The position numbers were made by a program, and so were the translations under genes. DNA of 64,000 nt from Paramecium tetraurelia (taxonomy: Eukaryota): contig CT868659.1 in assembly GCA_000165425.1 (NCBI GenBank), positions 248,001 through 312,000 of the forward strand, read 5' to 3'. Below, in pieces: positions 52,047-64,000 of this stretch; positions within the stretch are counted from its first letter, which is position 1; each line of letters begins with the position of its first letter. The notes under the pieces are model-generated. The model did no database searches. It saw only the letters and a list, made by a program, of their open reading frames with translations, and was not told the origin of the DNA.

Positions 52047-55000
52047 TCAATCATCGCTTTAAGGAGCTTCTTAATTCGATTCATCTTTTGGCACTCTGAT
52101 CACTAAAAGAGGAACCTAATGATCTTTGACTTGATCAAATTAACTGATGTTTCTTTAATTTGATTTCATTTGATTGATCCATCTAACTATGAATAATCAC
52201 ATACCTTAAATATTCCTTTTATACTATTGTGTATTCTTAATAAGCAATTTAGAGATACTTGAGATTTGAAGCTTTAAGTCCTGAGCTCTCAAACTCTAGT
52301 TCAGGGAATTTTCTAGTTAATATTTTCATATCTTGTTGTTTAGTGACATTTTTGGGGGAAAGACATCTATTAGATTATTTTTTAGGCAGCCGTCTTCTGT
52401 TCTCTTCATTTTCTTATTCCAATTCTACCTCTTAGAGTATTTTGTTTAGATCAATGAAGGAAGAGAAACTCTAATAGAATTCCGATTAGATGGGAGTATT
52501 GTCAGGTACTTATTCATCTTCTACTTTTTGATTGCCATCATCAAGAGATTTCATAGAGTTGTTTGGTTTTTCTGCAAATCCAATGGCACTTTAAGCTTTG
52601 CTGACTTAAGATTGGAAACTGATTTCTGGTAGTTCACTTTTTCTGGATGAATTCTTAAGAGTAGTTGAATCTTATTCATTTTGCTTATCATCAAGTATTT
52701 GCTATTCTTTTTTTTCTTTTGCTTTTTTTCTGATGAGCTTAGCCTTTAGACTTCTTTCTTAAATGACCTTCTGGACATATTGTTTACCTCCATTATACAA
52801 TTAAAATTGATGGTAAATCTTCCTAATAATTTAAATGATGTATGAGTATTTGAGATAGATCATATCATTGATTAATTGATCTCTTTCCTTTTAGGAGTAA
52901 TCTTTAAAGAATGCATATTGCAGTTCTTTATTGATGTCTCTTATTTTTTCAAATCCTGATTGTAAAGATCTATGACGATGTTGTATTCTATAAATCAGTA
53001 GGTGTATAAATGTATTTCTGACTAAGGGACTCCAATGCATGAAAATCTTAAAAAATAAATCAGTGCTAAATAAGAAATCACATAATTCCTTTTTGGGTTC
53101 AGCTAGTTTATTATTAATGAATGTTACTTGTAATGAGATGGAAATTATTATATAAGATTTATAGACTCTTACTAATAGAGACAGCATGATCTCCATTCAA
53201 GATTAACTTGATTCCCTTGAAGAAAAAGGAATAGTCAAAATTAGTAGGTAAAACATGGTAATTTTGATTGACTATCTGTAACCAAACGTCCACAATATTT
53301 AGAGTATTGAACACTTGGATTGCATCGTACAATTTTGTTTGATTGAACAAAATGTGAATGAATTTGCTAAGCAACATGGAATTGTTGATTATGGCACAAG
53401 ATGCTTCAATGAATTTGTGATTCTTTAATTAAATATTGGATAATAATAATGAGACAATCTCATCATATCCGTGTATGTTTTGCCAATTGACATTGAATCC
53501 AAACTTAGATTACACAAAATTGACCCATTAAATTACAAAAGGGTAATAGAAATGCACAGTTTATTTATCTGGCATTTCTAGTTTCAATGATTCCAATTCT
53601 TTTTTCAATTATTATCCTTTTTCATTTTAGAATGCGAGATCATAAAATTTGTGAATTGAGAGATTCTCAATCTCTGGAAACAGAGCTTGTTTAAATTGAG
53701 GTACTCTGAAGTAGGAGAGCACAGCAAATTTAACAAAAAAATCATGTTCTTTGTTTGAACAAGAAGTGTCAACGACTCTTTATAAACAAAGAGGCATAAC
53801 TTTAATCATTAAAGTAACAAATAATTAAGCATTATGAATACGTTCTATTTAAGTATCAATACTCAAATGATCTAAATCCATATCATCTCTATAAATGAGT
53901 TCACTCAGCACAGTGAAACATATTTCCTTAACCATTTCTGTTTATTACTTACTGCTCTATTCTAATAAGTATTTCCATAACTTTATTTACACTGATTAAC
54001 TGTGTAACATATCATCAATGCTCTGATATTTAATATTGTGATTTTCGGCCAAAGTCGATAGAATTTCATTTTTCATTTTCTCAGAGTCTTTGATCTTTTT
54101 ATCCCTCATGGTCTATGACAATGTTTCCACTTTAATTTACAATCCAATCAGCCAATCAACTTCTTTATTTGTGTTATTTTTGGATTTGGCCTTCTTCAAT
54201 AATAAAGTAGATTGATTGACAATTCCAGTTTCAGTTTTGATTCCACTGCATTGACTAACATATTGATTAGATTTGATGATAAATGTTCCTGCCCAATTTC
54301 CAATGTATGTGCCATCAGAAATCAATTGTTCATTTAACAATGCCTCTTAAATTAAGAGTGTATCAGTTTAAGCGATTTGAGAGGTATTATCATAAAAGAA
54401 TTTATTAAAACTGATGTATGTACTACCAATTCGCTTATATTCTTCTAACTTAGTTTATTTGTTTGCGTAAAGTACGAAAACAAAGGTAGTAATTTGAAAG
54501 TCATCTGCAAAAATGTCAAATTCCATGGATGGAGAATCTTCTGTTCTGAATTCCCAAAGGATTTCGTTCTTAGCTTCTAATGCTTTTTTAGTGGAGACAT
54601 GTCTTTAGGAACCGCCTTTGATGTGTTGATACTTATAGGGAACATCGTCATTTTATGAGTAGGTGGGATTCATATATTTTGGAGAGATTGCTGATTGAGA
54701 TTCATTTTCTTGAGATTTGATTTTCAATAGAAAACTGTAGGCTATATCACCCAATTGTTCTTCCAGGATACAGCGGATGTGCTTGGTGTTGATCTTAAAA
54801 TGCAATCTTTGAGCCACTTTGATGTCAAATATAATTGAGGATTTGTTCTAAAATATTAAATAGTATTTACACTAAACAAAATGTCATGATGTTATGGTCC
54901 ACTGGCGATTTCATAGATTGTATATTTGATTCTATAATGAACTTTGTCTGAATCGTCGAGGATTTGCTTGGGAGGATATTTGAATATTGTACTAGTGTAA

Positions 55001-55285
55001 AGAATTGAGTCTGCATACTTTGAGGATCGATGTGCAAATCAAAAGTAAAGGTTTAGGGCCACTATACTAAAGGAGTAAGAGTACATGTGGATTTTTGGTA
55101 TATCTGATCATGGTGGTCTTATAGAGATGCTCATTCACTTTAACAATCACATATGCACTTTACTGCTGTATATTTTTAACCTTAATACCAGAAATTACCA
55201 TCCTAAACATCAGATTCTGCTATCCGAACCTAATGTCGTTGAGATGTTACTTTCTTGTCTAATGAGAATAACATGCAGTTCCCAT
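52047..55285 (-). CDS. Large protein with MGTAC start, C2-like N-terminal region and DUF1765-like helical domain
   Basis: FDYSFFFKGIKLILNGDHAVSISKSL and FFKIFMHWSPLVRNTFIHLLIYRI resemble DUF1765; N-terminal beta-rich YTIYEIASGPQHHD segment. Confidence 0.7.
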
Positions 55286-55313
55286 TATTAATTTATATTA
55301 TATTTTGAATTAC

Positions 55314-56405
55314 TCAATATTTCAATTTGGAATAGCCTAACATTATCTTCTCCTCGTGTACTTCTTCAAATCTCTATTTGACCATCTCTTCGAGTTGATT
55401 CACCAACTGAATCTCGCTTCTTCTCGCTTGAGTGCCATAATTGTACTCAGTCTAAAAGGTGGAGCACAGAGCTTAAGCTTATTCCAACAATTATTGATTT
55501 CTTTATTATTTGGATGAGGCTGAATTCGATACTGCCGATTGAACTCCAATGCAAGCAGAAAACTTGTCTAATTTCACTTGTTGTCTCTCGTGTTATCCTT
55601 GTAATCTCGATAACACTTTGTTGACCTTCTCCTTTTGTAGATTGAACAAACCCACACTTTGAGCATTTGATTCTGTAAATTGATCATATGCCTCTTGGAT
55701 GGCAGATCTCAGATCTTTGAGTAAATGCTCCACTTATTGGAGGGAACTCAAATCAATTGATTATCCTTGGGTTGCCAATTGAATGAATGCATTAAAAATG
55801 GGAGCATAAATTGGAGTTTTGTTAATGTCAAATGATGTTTATAACATTCTTTGACTCACTTTACTCAACTCAGAGAAACTTCTATAACCAAATGAAATTC
55901 CTTCCAAGATTGTCAACGCTTCGTCTATGGCATGCAATGAATCCTCATATTGTCTACTTCTCCTCTTAAAATAGGCTGATTCTGATTCAGCTGTTGTAAG
56001 GATGGTGTTCAGATGTTACTAGAAGGTATTTTCTTATTATTGATTGACCTACTATTATTCAATTGTTCTCTATTTTGAATATTGACAAGTGCTTAATTAA
56101 GCATTAGAGTCTCTCAGAGTGCTTTTGGCGTTTTGAATTTCAGCATTTCTAAATTCATATTCAGCCTAACATTCTCTCAATTCCACATTAAAGATTTGGT
56201 CGTGATTGACTTATTCCTCATTGACAGAATCTCTAAACAAAGTGAGTACATTCAAAACAGCATCCAATGGAGAATGAGATTTAATCTTCATTTCCACCTC
56301 AGCCATCACAGCTGTGATTGATCTCTACTTAGTGTAATTGAGTCTATGATGATGATTAGCACCAGACACTATAACTAAGATCAACAAGAGAGCAAAGATC
56401 TTCAT
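55314..56405 (-). CDS. Trichocyst matrix protein (TMP)-family secretory granule precursor
   Basis: Signal peptide MKIFALLLILVIVSG, SPLDAVLNVL...EQVNHDQ..EC, amphipathic heptads, paired Cys; intronless, about 363 aa. Confidence 0.82.
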
Positions 56406-56671
56406 TAAAAAAATTAGCCAAAAACGATATAATGCATTTCAATAAATAAATCAAACCATTTAGTTTTATCTACTCCCTTTCTATTCAAACATTCAATCCT
56501 CAAAATATTAAATGTCATGCCTACTCACTCTTAGAGTAATCTACTACGAATGGATGATTAAAAATTATGGAATAAATATACTATTAAGATTCTTAATTTG
56601 ATTGAATTAATACGCTTGTTAAATTTATTTTATACATACATATTATACTAATTTAAATATTTACCTCAAAT

Positions 56672-57797
56672 ATGTCAAATCTATAAGTATAACTAGTTAA
56701 GAAACCTGATGCCAAATATCCAAGAGTGAATGATGTGTTCCAGGTTAAGACAACATCAACACCAACAGCCACTCAACTCAAAGATGGCGAAGTCTTGTTG
56801 GAAAATCTGTACTTCTCCATTGATGCAGCAATGAGAGTATGGATTAGTGGGTAATGATGTCATTTTATATCATGTTAGTGCCAAGACTTATGTAGATCCT
56901 GTCCTCCCTGGTAATACTATGTTTGGACAAGCTGTATCAAGAGTTCTAGCTTCAAAGAGTGAGAAGTTCTAAAAAGGGGATTATGTGATTGGCATTGTCA
57001 ATTGGACATTGTATCAAATCACTAGCGATGCCAAGTTGCATCTCGTTAAAAGAGGAGGTGACATTGATGACTTGACTGGATACTCCTTGTTAGGCCCACT
57101 CGGAATTAGTGGATTGACAGCTTTTGTTGGATTCGAAGCCATTGGAAAACCAAAGGAAGGAGAGACTGTAGTTATCTCTGCTGCTGCTGGGGCTGTTGGA
57201 GAAATTGCAGTCCAATTGGCTAAAACCTATTACAAGTGCAAAGTCATTGGAATTGCTGGTGGACCAGAAAAATGTGATTATGTCAAGAAACAATTGGGTG
57301 CACATGATTGCATCGACTACAAAAATGAAAATCTCAGTAAAAGACTCAGAGAATTGACACCCAATGGAATACATGTCTATTTTGATAATGTAGGTGGAGA
57401 AATGCTCGATGAAATATTGATGCATATCACAGATCACACAAGAATTATTCTGTGCGGAGCCATTGCCACATACAACTAAACTGGAGGTATATTCCTTATC
57501 ATTATCAATGTAGAACCATATAAGGTGAAGAATTACCCTAGATTAATTATAAAAAGAGCAGTCATGCAAGGATTCCTTTACTTTGATCATCCTGAATTGT
57601 TCAAGCCAGGATAAGCTACCATAACATAAATGCTCAAACAAGGCCAAATGAAAGTACCACATTTCATATATTCTTAGATAAGATATGATGTTCAAAATGG
57701 ACTAGAATAAGCTCCAAATGGATTGGCTAAACTCTTATTGGGCTAAAACAATGGCAAAGTTGTTGTCAAAGCCAAATCAGATCAACCAAAACTTTGA
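56672..57797 (+). CDS. NADPH-dependent alkenal/prostaglandin reductase (MDR family, PTGR/CurA-like), C-terminal PKL
   Basis: YFSIDAAMRVWI, LGISGLTAFVG, ISAAAGAVG, GIAGGPEKC, YFDNVGG, ILCGAIATYN, NNGKVVVK; three introns. Confidence 0.93.
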
Positions 57798-58487
57798 TTA
57801 GTTGAGTATATATAACAAATGTTGGATTAATAATATTATTTTTATTTCTTAATATCAATTAAAATTGATATTGCGTATTAAAATTGATTAATATTGTAAT
57901 TATTTAGTTATATTAATAATCAATATTAATTACTATAAATGGTTTGAAGAATTACGATAGATTTTCATCATATCTTTTATTTTCACATTAGAGCAGCGAA
58001 TTAAATGTTGTACACAAAACATCAAAAATACAATTCAAATTCTCGAAAATGTGAATTATTTTAATTATATGAAATTCATTATAATAAATAATTATTAATA
58101 TTAAATTAGATAAATTTCTGAAATTCTCTTTCTTTTGTTAATTAAAGGATTTTATATTTTTATTAGATATTAAATCCAAGATTTTTCAGAGTTAATCAAA
58201 GAAAACGCGATTTCTATTAAATGGATAAGAAATAGCATTGTATTGAATCTCTATATTCAAAATGTTACTGAAATATTTTTAGGTTGAGATTATTTTGAAA
58301 AAATCCTAATCTTCAATCGAAAAATCTTTAGTTGATTATAGAGCCTATTTAAAACAAAACCAACATTCAATACCAAGAAGGTAGTTATCCTATATGACAT
58401 CATGAAACATATTATATATAAATAATTAAATAATTGCATTGATAAATTTACATATAAAAATCAGATAAGGTATACATAAAGTTGATA

Positions 58488-60003
58488 ATGTTTTCATCAA
58501 TAGAAATTCTCACAAAAAATGAAAGATAGAACTCTCGTCTAGGGACACAAAGAAAAAAATTCAAACTAACCGGAAATTCCATTTTGAATGGCGAACAACC
58601 TATAACTCATGATTTTTCTAAAAGACGAACTCATGAAAGTAACAATGTTAAATTATATCAAAGGTGATAAAGGAGACCACTAAGGTTTTCTTATGAAATT
58701 GGGTTATTCAGTATCTGATGATCCAAATTATTAAGAATATCAGAAGAAAAATAGGGGAAGCTCAAATTCAACAGATTTGTAATCAGGAAATAGACTGACA
58801 AGTCGCCAATCAAATAGTAACTCTGTTGCTACAAGAGTATAGAGTATAGAACTTAATAACAATTACGAAAACTTGAACTGCCCAAGAACCAGTGTGTATA
58901 ATCCAAGAACAATCAGAAAAACTTTTTAATCTGATAATTCTGATGGTGGACTCGAAAACTTCAGCGACCATTCACACCATATCAGCCTTGATAAAACTCC
59001 AAAACCTAACACAAGTGCCAGTTTCCCAAAAGAAAAGTCATCAATAATCCCAACCTTAATTCAATATAAATTTCAAAGGATTCGAAGATGTTTCTAAATG
59101 ATTAAAGCCCTGTTACGAATGAAAAGTCTCTCCAAGTAATTTTTAGTTAAATAATCCTTAGCTAAAAGAAAACTTCTTGGTCGTTGAAGTAAGAGATTTT
59201 AAGAAGGAATCAGAAATCACTCAAATTTAATGAAAGTCTTACTATGATCAAGATTAAGTAATGGACATAAATGGTATTCTCAAAAATGATTTCTTTTATA
59301 CAATAAAAAAGATTAGACAAGTGCAAATTAAACTTCATTGTAATTTATATAGTTATCTTAATAGGACAATCCAGAGAGCATGACACAATTAGAGAAAGAT
59401 TAGGCCATAATAGTTGTATCAAATATTTTCACTTTTGCTATGTCTAATCTAGTGATTATGACATCATGCACTAATTTGATAAATGAATTATAAGTCATGA
59501 TGTACCAAGAGTAATTCTATGATTACAGAAAACAATTTAGTAAATTTGTGAGTCAAAGAGCTAATTATATCAGTTCGGATTATTAAGTATTAACAGAATA
59601 AGAAAAATAAATCATTTTATCCGAATGTGTCATTATAAATAATCTGATCCCAAGCTTAGTAAAACTGACTGAAAGCTTGGATGTATTGAAATGCAATAAA
59701 CCAAGCATTGAATTTTTAATTAGATCCTTAATTTCCTTAATTCAGTATTTTTTCATATAGAACTTTTCTAATTTTCCTAAAATTGCGATGAAAAAATAAA
59801 AAATTAATTTCTTTTAATATCAATTAGGCAAGATTGATACCTCTATGATAATTGTTTAAAATACTCAACTCAAGTCAGATGACATGATATTTGGTACTTA
59901 CAACGAATAACAACTCAAAGATTTCATATCTAAAGAAAACTGGTCAGAGTCCAATAAAAGTAAAATGAACTAAGTAGCAAACAATTTAATCAGAATTTTC
60001 TGA
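58488..60003 (+). CDS. Hypothetical protein
   Basis: Ser-rich N-terminus and helical C-terminus; three short introns; ends NLIRIF*. Confidence 0.7.
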
Positions 60004-61091
60004 TTAAGGAAGGACTCAATATTTGTATATAACTTGATTATAACTTCAATTATCATTGTATTCTATATCAATTATAAAATAATCTTCTTATAAATTCTTT
60101 ATATTTATTGAAGAAAATGTGATAAATTGAAACTTTATTAATTGTAAATTAGTCTACTTTATCATTCGCTATCAAAGTAATAAGGAACTAAACTAGCCAT
60201 TCAAATTTTGTCTGGTTCTAACTTAAGATACATTCTATTGTCAATTTAAATTAAGTTGAAAGAAGGAGAGCAAGAAAATTAATCTAAACATTATCTTAAG
60301 TTTATACATAATCCAAGATGGTTATTAGAAGAATTCTTTAACTTGACAGTTTTTTTATAAAATAATCATAACCACCAAATTTTCATCAAATAAATGGGTA
60401 AAGTTTAATTGTAGATGATTATTTGAATAATGTTACAAGAATTATAATCAATTTATTAGATGAATATTAATTCTTCATTAAATATTACCTAAATTGAAGG
60501 AAATATTACATAACTATTTAAATTATTGTTTTTGTCTATATATTTATTTTAGGTGGTACATTTCTTACTCTAAATGATTTATTAAATTGATTAAATTAAC
60601 TTTAAGAACTATAATAATCTTATATATTAAAAACAAAGGGCTAAACAGAAATTCATATTTATATGCAATCTCCATTATAATTCTGTCGTTATTTAGAGAA
60701 TCTTAATTTTTCAACAGTTCTAAAGGTTTTATAAAATATAGAAGTTGAAAAGTGAATTTAAAAATTTCTTTAATTGAATTATTGCCTTTAGATAGAGAAA
60801 TAGAATCATTTAATATACTTAACAATTTTCGATAATAATTCAAGTTTGAATGTATGATTTTACATTAAATTGTATAACATCTAGTTGAAATTATTGGATA
60901 TTTTAAGAGTAAAATAGAATTAGAATGCAGTTCATGGTATCATTATGTTTGTGAAATATAAATGGATTGGGTTTGCATTTTAGATTCAAGCAAATCGATA
61001 CGATCTATTAATTCATATATTATATATATATCTAAAAGGGATTCTATTCAAAATTCTAAAATACATCAGTATTCTCATAATTTAAATTAAA

Positions 61092-62502
<1,411 letters not shown>

Positions 62503-62638
62503 ATTGTTTTTCAAAATATCAATATAAATATCTTAAATTTGCAATTTTTGTACTTTTTTAACTCAATTCCTTCTGTCTTACACACCTTGTTAAGCAGCAT
62601 TTTTATATATAATATTTAATAAATATATATTTAAAAAT

Positions 62639-62952
62639 ATGGAGAAGCAATAAATCAGCAAATCATTTACCTACATTCCTACTGAGGAGAAACAGAAAGA
62701 TCGGGAAAAATAATTGGATGTACATTAAAAATAACTCCTTCATCCCAAGCTTAAATGGACAGCTATATTGTTAGCATTACTTTCAGTTATTCTATACTCA
62801 ATTGGGTTAGTATAATTTACCACATTTAAAGAGCATTCATCCAAATCCACTTCGAAGAAGACTCTACAGCCCTTTATTTGATCGCCTCCATCTGTCTATT
62901 GCCTCTCACCTACTGCTTATTCAAAGTGTGTAAAAAGAAAGAAGATTTGTGA
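62639..62952 (+). CDS. Small two-TM membrane protein (TMEM230-like topology)
   Basis: WTAILLALLSVILYSIGAFI and LYLIASICLLPLTYCLF; one 26-nt intron. Confidence 0.6.
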
Positions 62953-63507
62953 CTTATCAATTTTACTTATTATTAATGATGTTCTTATATTCCAAACTAC
63001 AAATATCATTTTATGGGCTTAACACAGCAAAATTTCAATTGATTCCAGAAAATTAAACTGTAATTCACGCAATAATAACTAACATTATTATCATGAAGAT
63101 ATTAAATAATATTATTAAATTATATCATCAAATATATAAATTTAATTCCTCTGAAAAAAGATAGCCAATAACTATAAATACAATTAAATCCTACCTGTGC
63201 AGTCACATTTGAGATAAGCTTAATTAAAAATAATAGAATCTTCTTACCTTCTTATAATTAATAAGTTACGACCTGAATAAAATAAAATATAAGCAAACCT
63301 AATGAGAATCTATCTATATATGTTAAATATACAATAAAAGATATAATTAAACATTCATAAGTGTTTAAATCTTTTAGATTAAAATTTTTAGCTTATATTT
63401 TTTTAAGGTTATTTGCATCAAACATAATTATCTGTAGTAGTAATCAAATGATTAATAACACATCCTTGAGTTCAATTTAATATAGTAGTGATTGTTAATA
63501 AAATTAT

Positions 63508-63514
63508 AAAAAAA
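63508..63514 (-). terminator. RNA polymerase III terminator (T7 run) after the tRNA
   Basis: TTTTTTT on the minus strand, one base after the discriminator. Confidence 0.8.
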
Positions 63515-63515
63515 G

Positions 63516-63586
63516 TCTACCTAGGCGGAATCGAACCGCCATCCTAGGATCTACAGTCCTGTGCACTGCCATTGTGCTATAGGGAG
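63516..63586 (-). tRNA. tRNA-Tyr (anticodon GTA), intronless and atypical
   Basis: CTCCCTA-TA-GCAC AATGGCA GTGC-A-CAGGA CTGTAGA TCCTA-GGAT-GGCGG TTCGATT CCGCC-TAGGTAG-A cloverleaf; C1:G72 and A73; A and B boxes present. Confidence 0.88.
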
Positions 63587-64000
63587 ATATTAACATTAAC
63601 AAGGACTTTAATCAGACTTTGTTTTTTTTGCTTTAATTTAAATAATAGTTTTAGTTCTTTTCAAGTTAAGAGATAATTTAACTCGAATTAGGTATTACTC
63701 TAGGGAATTAATAGATTATTTTTGATAATCAATTTTTGTAATTAGTATAATATAATTTATAATCATATTTATTAAAAATTATGAATAGAAGAATGTATGA
63801 TTGTGGGTAATAATTAGCATTTAAAATCTTTTAGAATATGTTAGATGAGATTTGAAGACATAACAAGTTACTAGAATCACAAATAGAATGTAAATTTAGT
63901 TAATAATTCAAATTAGTTTTGTAATGGAACTAGTTTCAATGGTAATTTCAATGAGTAGTCAACGACTATGAATTTAGGGAAAAGTAAAGTAAATGTAATT

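Noticed and set aside
61014..61032. (TA)n microsatellite upstream of RPT5
   Set aside because: Short and expected in DNA this AT-rich.
63552..63554. tRNA as a UAA/UAG-reading Gln tRNA
   Set aside because: The anticodon is GTA, not TTA or CTA, and the acceptor identity elements are those of Tyr.

Overview
This is AT-rich, very gene-dense eukaryotic DNA from a ciliate, almost certainly a Paramecium macronuclear (somatic) chromosome. Conserved genes (MAPK, MRE11, RPT5, PI4K, cathepsin L) read through in-frame TAA/TAG as Gln, stop only at TGA, and are split by tiny 20-33 nt GT...AG introns. The supplied standard-code ORF track therefore shows only fragments. Hand translation with the ciliate code gives about 40 protein genes on both strands, often only 11-35 nt apart, plus one tRNA gene. 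Recognisable genes include a serine carboxypeptidase S10, Myb protein, GPI-anchored Cys-rich surface protein, TEY MAP kinase, PI4-kinase beta, MRE11, stomatin-like protein, SF-assemblin, TTLL glutamylase, TMBIM/Bax-inhibitor protein, trichocyst matrix protein, NADPH alkenal/prostaglandin reductase and proteasome ATPase RPT5. Four items are most unusual. (1) A cathepsin L paralog has all three catalytic residues replaced (Cys>Ser, His>Ser, Asn>His). (2) Two AIG1/GIMAP-like GTPases carry odd tails: a Gly/Ala hydrophobic zipper and a His-Gly-Pro tail. (3) A kinase-LRR protein ends in two UBR-box-like zinc fingers. (4) An intronless, structurally atypical tRNA-Tyr(GTA) is present. No mobile elements, telomeric repeats or CRISPR arrays were seen. 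All coordinates and intron positions were derived by eye and may be off by a few bases.
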